Source: a bacterium (GTDB lineage Bacteria; UBP4; UBA4092; JAOAEQ01). From it: DNA of 52,234 nucleotides. Under the pieces are notes generated by a model. It saw nothing but the letters and a program-made list of their open reading frames with translations, had not been told where the DNA came from and searched no databases. A program made the position numbers and the translations under genes. Shown here piece after piece: positions 1-8,895 of the stretch. Each line of letters begins with the position of its first letter. Position 1 is the stretch's first letter. The stretch lies in NCBI GenBank assembly GCA_041946755.1, contig JBHGBB010000002.1, positions 1-52,234 on the forward strand, in the 5' to 3' direction.

Positions 1-3000
1 ATTCATTTACCGCCGATTTAGTCGCAGTCCGATTCAGTCTTTGGGAAGCGATCAACGGTAAACTCGGATTCGCTAATATCCAACTGATTAAACCGAAAAT
101 AATCCTTTATACCGAAACTTTTCAAAAATCAACGACCGAGCTTGCACCTCGGCTTAAACCGCGATTCACCCTCAATTGGTTCCAAATCGAAGATGCGACT
201 TTTGAACTCCATCATCAAAATAAAATATATCCATTCTCAGCCATGGATTTAGCCGGAAGTTTGAATTACGATGGGGACATCCCCCGTCTTCAGTTGGGCA
301 TCCGGAAATGCTCCGGGATATTCTCGGGATTCATAATCAAAGAGCTTCGAGGCTCGCTCCGCATCGATAATAAACAAATCGAATTGAAAAACCTGCGAAT
401 TACCGGCAATAATATTCAGCTTATCGCTGAAGGCAATGTCACCGGATATCAATTGTATAATCCCTCTATAAATATCAAGGTAAGCTCATCAAAACTGCCG
501 ATCCAGAAATTACTGGAATTATACCCAACGGCTATCAATTTCCCGTTAACCGGTACTGCAAGATTACAAGCAGAAATTCATGGACCGCTAAATGAACTTA
601 CCGGTTCCGGCGAATTGATGATTCCGGAAGGCAAATTGGGAACCATACCCTATACCGGATTATTAACCAGCTTTACTGCTACTACCGGCACCATAAAACT
701 CAATCAAGGAAAGGCTACGATCTTCGGCGGACAAATTTCCGCTGCCGGAGAGATGAATATTTCGCAGTTATCGAATCCGATCATCTCCGAACTGCAAGTT
801 AAGCCCGAAGTTCCACCGACACCATCGAGTTCAAACCGAGATACTACCAAGAAACCTGAACCAGCCGCATCGAAATCAGCCGCAAAACGAAGTATCAGTT
901 CTCAAACAACTGAACAGAAAATACCGATATCTGATTCTCCGAAACTCAAATTTAAATTTATGATAACGGCAGAGAATGTAGCGGTAGATAAATTCCCGAA
1001 TGCTGCGAATCTGGTTGCCGGAACTATTTCGGGGAATATCCAACTTGCCGGAATTTTGAATAATCCGGAGTCCTGGTCCGGCTCCGGGAAAATGCAATGG
1101 TCGAATGGCAAATATCAATCGGTACCGATTACTATCGCTCGGAGTGAAATTGGGATTGATAAAGGAATTCTATCGATTCAGAACCTACAACTCGAAAATC
1201 AGGATATGCAAGCTACCGGTACCGGATTCATTCGATTGCCTTCTACCGACTCCCATCTCCAATTTACCTTGGTGGCACATCGGTTCGATTCAATTAATAG
1301 TATTCTATTTACCGCTCATGAAACAGAACCCAAAACCACCCCGGCACCAATATTATCCGGCTCTGGTACTGCTGAAATTGTTCTTGACGGTCCGATTCGA
1401 GATCCGCATTGGTCCGGTAAATTCTCGGTTACTAATGGAACCTTTGCCTCGTTGCGATTCGCAGTATTGCAAGGCCAAATCGTTTCGCCATCAGCAGATA
1501 AAACCGTTACCCAATCAAGTGATTTGACCCTTCACTGGGAAAACCTGCAATGGGGAGAAGGATGGAATTTAAATGGCGATGCAAAACTCCGAGTTTATGC
1601 TCAACAAAAGAAAGCGCAACTTATTTCCGCTACATTTACCAGCGGTAAGTCGGTTATCGCTACTGCCGGAGACCTGGATTTCGCTGCGAAACGGTTCCAG
1701 CTAACTTATTCCGGGAAAAATCTGGTCTTAGCCGATTTCCCGCAACTACAAAAAGCGATACCCAATCTATCGGCAACCCTGGATTTAGAGGGAACGATTT
1801 CCGGATTGTTTAGCGCCCCGGTGATTAATGGACGAATGGCAACCAGTTCACTAACGGCAAATAAATCTCGCCCAAAATCAGAATTACCGAAATTAACCGG
1901 TACTTTCGCGTATACCGGAACACTACGCCAGACCCAGATCTATGTTAGTGGCGCTGGATTTCAGGTTCAAGGAATGATCCAAGTTGCAGATATAGAACCA
2001 ACCATACAACTCCAGGTTGCTGCTCAATCAGGCAACCTAAATCTTATCACTGCCGCTATGGGTTTGCCGAATACTTTCGAATCCGGTACTATAACCGGTG
2101 CGGCTACCGTCTCAGGGAAAATATCGAATCTTGCGGCTACCGGTAATTTCTCGCAAATAGAAATTATTACTCCGGAATCGACCAATAAAACCATTTTGGT
2201 TAATGGCACCTATACAAGTAAAATCACTAAGAAATCTGGGATTCTTCAGATATCGACTGGAGCATTGCGTTCTTCAACGCTTAACCAAACCAAGACGAAA
2301 AATGGTAAATCTACCGGTGAAAATCAGCTGTTCGGGCTGGATGCTATTAAAGGAGACTGGAACTGGAATGAATCTGGACAGTTTACGGGAAATATTTATG
2401 CGAATAAAGGAATCATTGGGTCGATACCATTAACCAATTTCACAGCAACTGGAAAATTTCAATCCGGAATATTTGAGGTTACCGATTGCCGGTTTGCCAC
2501 TGGTAATGGTACCTTAGCTTTAAATGGTTCTGTGAATTGGAATCAAAAACCGTTTACCTACCAACTTACCTCTCGAGCGCAGAATATCCAGCTGCAACCG
2601 ATTATTCGTGCAATAAAAGGATTGGAACAGTTTAACGATAATACCGGGATTTTAAACGCTATCCTGACCCTTAACGGCAAAGGAGATCAAACCACTTCAT
2701 TCAATGGAAAAGGGAATCTTAGTTTAACCCAGATATCGTTTTTTAATCGGAACATCGATTCTCTCTCGGCTAATATAGAAATAGCGGGTGAATCGTTAAA
2801 AATAACCGAGGCCGAATTGAAAGGTAACAATACCATCGCTTCGCTGAGCGGCTGGATAGATAAAAATCAGAAACTAAATATTACCGCAAAAGGAAATACC
2901 GCCGATCTGAAATCATGGGTACCGCAAATGAAAGGAGCTGCCGGTTTCGATCTGAATTGGACCAATACTTTACAGAAACCGGTACTAACTTGTTATCTCG

Positions 3001-4553
3001 AATCGTCCAGCGGTGGATATGGCCGATTCGCTTGGGATAAAGCGCGGGTGACCGTCAAATTAACCGATAAATTTCTTGGTAGTATCGATTTTCGCGGTGA
3101 ACGAATGCGGCTGGGAACACAACGATTCGATCTCGCAACCGCAATCCTAAAATTAGACGATCCGAATATCGAACTTACTAATTTTACCGCAACGCAAAAA
3201 GATGGCAGTTCTCAAGCTCAAGGGAAAGCTAATTTAAATACCGGGGATATCTCGATTACTCTGGATGGTAAAAAACTGGATTTTATGAATCTCCTTTTCG
3301 GCGGAACACAGGCACCGTGGTGGGAAACTGGAGAAGTTAATCTGCATGCAGAATTCAATGGCAACTATAAACAGCATTATGCGACCACCAAAATAGACCC
3401 CTTGCTGGTTGTCTCAAAACAAAAAATCAATGGAAATCCAAAATATACTTTGCGGAATCAACAGGCATTAATCGTCCAATGGAATAACGACCGGATTACC
3501 GTACCGAAAATCAAGGTTGCGGATAATACCGGTTCGTTTACTATCGGTGGAAATATCCAGTTGACTCCGGATTACCATATCAAATATTATGATATGGCGC
3601 TCGAGGGAAATAATGTTAGCTGGCCGGTTCTCCGTGGACTCGATGCGACCTATAATCCGCAATTAACCCTTCGTGGAGACACCACCAATATTAAATGGAG
3701 CGGCGATTTCCCAATCACAAAAGCGGAAATTAATGGTCCAATTCTATTCGCTCCAACTCCATCCAATATCCCGAAATTACCGGTAGTTCGACCGCCAGCT
3801 TATCCGGTTAATCTGGATTTAAAATTCCATGCTAATGAAAAATTACATTTGAAAACTCCTATGGTGGATGTTGACGGTCTGGGCTGGATTAAGCTTGAAG
3901 GATTGGCGAATGAACCTAAAATCAGTTATGAATTCCGGGCAGTAAGCGGCTCCGTCTTATTCCGGGGATATAAATTCCAAATTACCAAAGCAGATGCGAA
4001 ACCGCGCGAATCGAATAGCTTCAATCCGGTAATGGACCTATTTGCGCAAAAAAAGATTCGATTTACCGATGTATATCTGCGATTCTATGGTACCCTTCAG
4101 AACTATGAAATTACCTTAACTTCCGATCCACCAATGGAACAGTCGGATATTATGGCATTATTAGCCACCGGGAAGACCACTGAAGAATTGCGGAATGCCA
4201 CCGCTGCGGGAAGTGAGAAATTCGCTTACGGACTCGCTGCCGGGTATGTTGGTGAAGAATTGATAAATACCATTGGCGTGCCGATTTTTAAAACTATTGG
4301 ACTCGACCGTATCGGAGTCGATTATGACAACACTATCAATCCTACTGAACCGCGAGTAAAAATCGAGAAAGATATTACCAAACGAGTTACTGCATCATAC
4401 TCTATGGGATTAACCAAGTCTGCCGACCCGCAAGCGAAATTGGAATTGGGGCTGGGTAGAAATCTATCGTTAATCGGCTCTGTTGGTACCAATTCGCTGA
4501 CTCAAGAAGCAACCGGTGCAGTAGATTTAGAATTACGGTTTCGAACGAAATAA
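1..4553 (+). CDS. tamB: TamB-like translocation and assembly module protein (AsmA-like superfamily, C-terminal DUF490); 5' end lies outside the window
   Basis: The ORF track gives 243..4553, but I translated the same frame (codons from nt 3) back to the window edge and found no stop, so the gene starts upstream. It is a protein of more than 1,400 aa, beta-rich and repetitive. The C-terminus (YLRFYGTLQNYEITLTSDPPMEQSDIMALLATGKT) matches the TamB/DUF490 signature. Confidence 0.75.
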   Translation, partial: SFTADLVAVRFSLWEAINGKLGFANIQLIKPKIILYTETFQKSTTELAPRLKPRFTLNWFQIEDATFELHHQNKIYPFSAMDLAGSLNYDGDIPRLQLGIRKCSGIFSGFIIKELRGSLRIDNKQIELKNLRITGNNIQLIAEGNVTGYQLYNPSINIKVSSSKLPIQKLLELYPTAINFPLTGTARLQAEIHGPLNELTGSGELMIPEGKLGTIPYTGLLTSFTATTGTIKLNQGKATIFGGQISAAGEMNISQLSNPIISELQVKPEVPPTPSSSNRDTTKKPEPAASKSAAKRSISSQTTEQKIPISDSPKLKFKFMITAENVAVDKFPNAANLVAGTISGNIQLAGILNNPESWSGSGKMQWSNGKYQSVPITIARSEIGIDKGILSIQNLQLENQDMQATGTGFIRLPSTDSHLQFTLVAHRFDSINSILFTAHETEPKTTPAPILSGSGTAEIVLDGPIRDPHWSGKFSVTNGTFASLRFAVLQGQIVSPSADKTVTQSSDLTLHWENLQWGEGWNLNGDAKLRVYAQQKKAQLISATFTSGKSVIATAGDLDFAAKRFQLTYSGKNLVLADFPQLQKAIPNLSATLDLEGTISGLFSAPVINGRMATSSLTANKSRPKSELPKLTGTFAYTGTLRQTQIYVSGAGFQVQGMIQVADIEPTIQLQVAAQSGNLNLITAAMGLPNTFESGTITGAATVSGKISNLAATGNFSQIEIITPESTNKTILVNGTYTSKITKKSGILQISTGALRSSTLNQTKTKNGKSTGENQLFGLDAIKGDWNWNESGQFTGNIYANKGIIGSIPLTNFTATGKFQSGIFEVTDCRFATGNGTLALNGSVNWNQKPFTYQLTSRAQNIQLQPIIRAIKGLEQFNDNTGILNAILTLNGKGDQTTSFNGKGNLSLTQISFFNRNIDSLSANIEIAGESLKITEAELKGNNTIASLSGWIDKNQKLNITAKGNTADLKSWVPQMKGAAGFDLNWTNTLQKPVLTCYLESSSGGYGRFAWDKARVTVKLTDKFLGSIDFRGERMRLGTQRFDLATAILKLDDPNIELTNFTATQKDGSSQAQGKANLNTGDISITLDGKKLDFMNLLFGGTQAPWWETGEVNLHAEFNGNYKQHYATTKIDPLLVVSKQKINGNPKYTLRNQQALIVQWNNDRITVPKIKVADNTGSFTIGGNIQLTPDYHIKYYDMALEGNNVSWPVLRGLDATYNPQLTLRGDTTNIKWSGDFPITKAEINGPILFAPTPSNIPKLPVVRPPAYPVNLDLKFHANEKLHLKTPMVDVDGLGWIKLEGLANEPKISYEFRAVSGSVLFRGYKFQITKADAKPRESNSFNPVMDLFAQKKIRFTDVYLRFYGTLQNYEITLTSDPPMEQSDIMALLATGKTTEELRNATAAGSEKFAYGLAAGYVGEELINTIGVPIFKTIGLDRIGVDYDNTINPTEPRVKIEKDITKRVTASYSMGLTKSADPQAKLELGLGRNLSLIGSVGTNSLTQEATGAVDLELRFRTK

Positions 4554-4564
4554 ATGGGTTAACC

Positions 4565-5020
4565 ATGAAGTTTATCGCTGATGCGATGTTAGGCCGATTA
4601 GCCCGATGGCTAAGAATAATCGGATATGATACTGCATATCTTAAACATACTCCAGATAGTGTTATTGTCGCCGCATCGATTCGGGAAAACCGGATTATTT
4701 TGACTCGTGACCGCCATTTTGAAAAAATCAAAGCAGCGAAAAACCGGCTGATTATTTCCAGCACCAAGGTGGCAGACCAATTTCGGGAAGTAGTAACCGA
4801 ATTCCAACTGGATATAAAGGAGAATCTTTTTACCCGGTGTTCGGAATGTAATACACCGCTGATTCCGGTAGAGAAAGCCAAAATTATTGCTGATATACCC
4901 AGCTATGTTGCCCGAACCCAGCATCAGTTTAGTCAATGCCCGACTTGCAACCGCATCTATTGGGCTGGTACTCATATGGAATTGATCCAAAAAAAGATTC
5001 AAAATATGTTACATGAATAA
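4565..5020 (+). CDS. Mut7-C RNase domain (DUF82, PIN-like) protein with C-terminal zinc ribbon
   Basis: The N-terminus MKFIADAMLGRLARWLRIIGYD is the typical Mut7-C/DUF82 start. The C-terminus has CSECN...CPTCN..IYWAGTH, a 4-Cys ribbon. Confidence 0.8.
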   Translation: MKFIADAMLGRLARWLRIIGYDTAYLKHTPDSVIVAASIRENRIILTRDRHFEKIKAAKNRLIISSTKVADQFREVVTEFQLDIKENLFTRCSECNTPLIPVEKAKIIADIPSYVARTQHQFSQCPTCNRIYWAGTHMELIQKKIQNMLHE

Positions 5021-6890
5021 CCTAAAATTCCCCTTCTTAATTCTGCTGGGGTTAATCATACTCATCCCCCAATTCATTTTCCCTTGGGCAGAGGATTCGT
5101 ATCTCATTCCGAAATTTGCGCTACTCAACTTCGGGATTGCACTGAGTATCTATATCTTATTCATTCAAAGCAACCTATCTGATTTCCAGAAATTATTTAA
5201 GCCTAAATCAATAACTATCTACTTACTACTAATTTATTTACTATTAAATGTTATTTCTTTATTTTATGCCTCCAGTTTTCCTATGGCCATAAAAGAAATC
5301 GGTAAATGGCTCTTTTTAATCCTATTATATTTCATATTTATTAAGGTAATCCGTGATATCAAACGACTTCAATTATTGTTATATGCATTACTATTTACCG
5401 GATTAATTACCGCAATCTGGGTTATCCTCCAGGATTACCATTTCTCTTGGTTCAGAGTTTTACCGCGATTACCGGATTGGCGCGGATATTTAGTTGCTGG
5501 ATTAGGAAATTCCGATTATGTCGCCGGATTCCTGGTATCGATATTCCCGATAGGATTGGTTCAGTATGCCACAACTACTGAATGGAAATCCAAGTTATTT
5601 CTCCTTATTGCCCTGGCATTAATCTATGCTGCATTAATCGTTACTTTTTCAGTCGGCTCCAACGCCGGATTAATTCTCGGTATGATTCTGGTTCTCGGCC
5701 ATATGGTTTATTACCGGAAACAGCAAGGTTGGTTTCCGGATTATCGTCGCTGGGTTTGGTTGCTACTCATTCTAGCGGCGATTACTGCATTTTATATTCT
5801 CCCCATACCGTTTAATGGTCGCGGGGAATCGATATTTAGTCAAGCGTTCGCTTCCAACCGCTGGAAAGAAGGGGGGAATACCCGGCTGGTTATCTGGGCG
5901 AATACCTGGGAGATGATTAAATCGCATCCAATTTTAGGTGCCGGTGCCGGAAATTTCACTTATCGGTATCTCGACTATATATCTCCGATTGTTCTGAACC
6001 ATCCGAACATGCAACCTTATGCCGGAGAATATACCAATGCTGCGCATAACGAAATTCTCCATACCTGGGCGGAACTCGGGATTCCGGGAGTTATCATATT
6101 GCTTTTAGTAATAGCTTGTTTTTATTTTTCTGCATTTAAACTATTAATATCCAAATCCGCAATCCGCAATCATCAATCCGAAATAGAAGTAAGTATGCTT
6201 GGTGCTACCGGCGGATTTACCGCTATGGCGATATATGGGTTAATGAGTTATCCACTCCATCTACCAATGACTACAACTTTATTTATCTTCTATTTAGCAG
6301 TACCGCAAATACTCAATAATCTGATGCATAAATCCGAGATTTGCAATCTGCCATTCGACTCCGCTCAGGATAAACAACCCGCAATAGCAACGGCTTCCAA
6401 ATCTCTTAGCTACTCTATTCTAGCATCGGTTTTATTTATCCTTTTATCCTATTGGGCGATTCGCCCTTTAATATCAGATACTTATTTTAGAATCGGGAAA
6501 GAAGCGGTGAAAGATAATAATGAACCTGCGGCTATAAATTCCCTTACGCTTGCTACCCAATGGGATAGCCATTCGGATGCATATTATCATCTCGGAGAAC
6601 TCTATCTACGCGGGAAAACTTATGGTGGAAGAATATCGGCTGCAATTGATCAGTTCGAAATGGCGCGAAAACAGCGAAATGATAAATTTCTGCTTTATGA
6701 ACTCGGAGTGGCCTATATTCTTGCGGAACGGTTCCAAGATGCGTTAACCTGCTTTAAACCGTTAACCCAACGGCAGCCAAATAATCCGATGTATTGGGAT
6801 CGGTTATCATATATCTATTTGAAACTCGGAAATATAGCATTATCGAATCAAGCACATCTCAAAGCAGAAGTATTAAAACAGAATTTCTAG
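5013..6890 (+). CDS. O-antigen ligase/polymerase (Wzy_C) family membrane protein with C-terminal TPR-like repeats
   Basis: The N-terminal ~450 aa are polytopic and hydrophobic. It has a Wzy_C-type loop, NAAHNEILHTWAELGIPG. The C-terminal soluble part has TPR-like repeats (YYHLGELYL, LYELGVAYIL, YWDRLSYIYLKLG). The start overlaps the upstream stop by 8 nt. Confidence 0.7.
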   Translation: MNNLKFPFLILLGLIILIPQFIFPWAEDSYLIPKFALLNFGIALSIYILFIQSNLSDFQKLFKPKSITIYLLLIYLLLNVISLFYASSFPMAIKEIGKWLFLILLYFIFIKVIRDIKRLQLLLYALLFTGLITAIWVILQDYHFSWFRVLPRLPDWRGYLVAGLGNSDYVAGFLVSIFPIGLVQYATTTEWKSKLFLLIALALIYAALIVTFSVGSNAGLILGMILVLGHMVYYRKQQGWFPDYRRWVWLLLILAAITAFYILPIPFNGRGESIFSQAFASNRWKEGGNTRLVIWANTWEMIKSHPILGAGAGNFTYRYLDYISPIVLNHPNMQPYAGEYTNAAHNEILHTWAELGIPGVIILLLVIACFYFSAFKLLISKSAIRNHQSEIEVSMLGATGGFTAMAIYGLMSYPLHLPMTTTLFIFYLAVPQILNNLMHKSEICNLPFDSAQDKQPAIATASKSLSYSILASVLFILLSYWAIRPLISDTYFRIGKEAVKDNNEPAAINSLTLATQWDSHSDAYYHLGELYLRGKTYGGRISAAIDQFEMARKQRNDKFLLYELGVAYILAERFQDALTCFKPLTQRQPNNPMYWDRLSYIYLKLGNIALSNQAHLKAEVLKQNF

Positions 6891-6976
6891 TAATATAGCT
6901 GTTGCTCAATTCGATAATTTACCGGATAATATTTTGTTGTATCAACAGCTCGATATTTGTTGAGGAGGATATCTTC

Positions 6977-7936
6977 ATGTTTCTCACCAGTTTAGTATTA
7001 GCGGTCAGTCTTATCAGCGCTAATACTACTATTCAATCCGGAGGGCAACCGAATACTATGGCAACGAAACCTGAGCAACCACAACCGCGATTAATTATCC
7101 GATGCGATGATGTCGGATTATGTCATGGAGTCAATATGGCATTTAAACGGATCGCTGAACAAGGGATGGTTACCGCCGCCTCGGTAATGGTTACCGCTCC
7201 CTGGATAGATGAAGCAGTAGCAATTCTAAAACAGCATCCGGAAATAAGTGTTGGTGTGCATTTAAATTTTAATAGCGAATGGGTCGAATATAAATGGGGA
7301 CCGGTAACTGCATATGACCAGGTACCAAGTTTGGTCGATGAATTCGGGAAATTCTATGGCATGCGAAAAGAACTGATGGCACATCGGCCGAAAGTAGCAG
7401 AAATGGCGAAAGAAATGCGAGCCCAGATCGAGTTTGCCAAACGGAAAGGACTAAATATCTCATATATTGATAACCATATGGGCACCGCTATCTCTACTCT
7501 CGAATTCCAGCAGGAAATGGAGAAACTGGCGAAAGAATATCAGATCGGTATCTCCCGCTATTTTGATGAACTTGATAATGGTTTGGTATATTCTGTTCCT
7601 CCAGAACAGAAGTTGGATGAAGGGATTAAAATTATTGATAGTATGACTACTTCCGGAACCTATCTTTTAGTTTGCCATGTCGGCACCGATACTCCAGAAA
7701 TGCAGGCGATGACCGATGTTCATTCATTCGGATTAAAACAGATGTCGAAACATCGGCAGGCAGAAGCCGATGTTCTCTGCAGTCCGAAATTCAAGCAGGA
7801 AATTGAAAAGAAAGGAATTAAATTAATCGGATACAATACTCTGGTTGCTGAAGGATTGGATAAAATGAAACGACCGTTTACTTCCGATACCTATGAAACG
7901 GTCATGAATGATACCACCATACGGCCGGTGAAATAG
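6977..7936 (+). CDS. YdjC/ChbG/HpnK-family carbohydrate deacetylase with N-terminal signal/anchor
   Basis: RLIIRCDDVGLCHGVNMAFKRIAEQG matches the YdjC-like N-terminal D-D motif, and there is an HLNF motif downstream. I prefer the ATG at 6977, preceded by GAGGAGG at 6962-6968, over the TTG at 6902 used by the ORF track. The product then begins MFLTSLVLAVSLISA, which is hydrophobic. Confidence 0.7.
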   Translation: MFLTSLVLAVSLISANTTIQSGGQPNTMATKPEQPQPRLIIRCDDVGLCHGVNMAFKRIAEQGMVTAASVMVTAPWIDEAVAILKQHPEISVGVHLNFNSEWVEYKWGPVTAYDQVPSLVDEFGKFYGMRKELMAHRPKVAEMAKEMRAQIEFAKRKGLNISYIDNHMGTAISTLEFQQEMEKLAKEYQIGISRYFDELDNGLVYSVPPEQKLDEGIKIIDSMTTSGTYLLVCHVGTDTPEMQAMTDVHSFGLKQMSKHRQAEADVLCSPKFKQEIEKKGIKLIGYNTLVAEGLDKMKRPFTSDTYETVMNDTTIRPVK

Positions 7937-8064
7937 ATACCGGTATTGGTTATGAGTCTGACAACAAATAACTGAAAACCAATTTCTATTATATTAAATG
8001 CAACCATTAAGCCGGTTCATTCGTCTTTAATTATAATCCTATATTCTATTTACTATTATTATTT

Positions 8065-8781
8065 ATGCTTATTTCAGCGCTTAATCTCCATAAAACGTAT
8101 ACCTTTGACCATACCGATGTTCTAGCATTGCGGGGAGTTAATGTCCAAGTCGAACCGGGCGAGTTTATCGCCATAATGGGCCCTTCCGGCAGCGGGAAAT
8201 CGACTCTGATGCATATTCTTGGTTGTTTAGATAAACCTTCCCAAGGAGAATATAAACTCGATGATGTGGTAGTCAGCCAGCTGGATGATAAAGAGTTATC
8301 CCGGGTGCGGAATACCCAAATCGGATTTGTGTTTCAGTTCCATAATTTATTACCGCAGCTAACGGTATTAGAGAATGTCGAGATGCCTCTGATTTATGCC
8401 GGAGCCGCGAAACGAAACCGGGTACAGAAAGCGAAAGAGTTATTAGAAGCGGTCGGGCTCCCGCATCGGATGAACCATGTATCGACCAAACTTTCCGGCG
8501 GAGAAAGCCAGCGGGCAGCAATTGCCCGGGCACTGGCGAACGACCCGAAACTGATTCTAGCGGATGAACCGACTGGAAACCTGGATACCAAAACCGGGGA
8601 ACAGATTATGGCGGTATTCCAGAAAGTAAATGAAATGGGGAGAACTATCGTTCTGGTTACCCATGAACATGATATTGCCCAGCATGCGAAACGAATTATC
8701 TTTGTTAAAGATGGACTTATCCAATTCGACCATCCGATACCGGAAAAAGACCGGATTATTATTAAAGACACGGTTAAATAA
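8065..8781 (+). CDS. ABC transporter ATP-binding protein, MacB/LolD/FtsE-like subfamily (no adjacent permease)
   Basis: Walker A GPSGSGKST, Q-loop, signature LSGGESQR and Walker B LILADEPTGNLD. The size (238 aa) and motifs are typical of the MacB/LolD clade. Confidence 0.85.
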   Translation: MLISALNLHKTYTFDHTDVLALRGVNVQVEPGEFIAIMGPSGSGKSTLMHILGCLDKPSQGEYKLDDVVVSQLDDKELSRVRNTQIGFVFQFHNLLPQLTVLENVEMPLIYAGAAKRNRVQKAKELLEAVGLPHRMNHVSTKLSGGESQRAAIARALANDPKLILADEPTGNLDTKTGEQIMAVFQKVNEMGRTIVLVTHEHDIAQHAKRIIFVKDGLIQFDHPIPEKDRIIIKDTVK

Positions 8782-8866
8782 GTTAAATGAGATAGGTTTG
8801 AATTAAGAGATTCGGGATTCTAGGATTCTAACTCTAAAATCTATAATCTTAAATCTGAAATTTAAC
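8773..8866. repeat. Second copy of the GTTAAAT-heptad element
   Basis: GTTAAATAAGTTAAATGAG (8773-8791) is identical to 47971-47989. It continues GGTTTGAATT, compared with GGTTGAATT in the other copy. An inverted ATTTAAC lies at 8860-8866. The first heptad overlaps the ABC ATPase stop codon. Confidence 0.8.
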
Positions 8867-8895
8867 GTTTCTCCCTAGCTACCAGCTACTGATGC

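Noticed and set aside
4402-5002. Minus-strand ORFs 4402..4881 and 4610..5002, antisense to the tamB end and the Mut7-C gene.
   Set aside because: The sense-strand genes have clear family signatures. The antisense ORFs have no motifs and are typical shadow ORFs.
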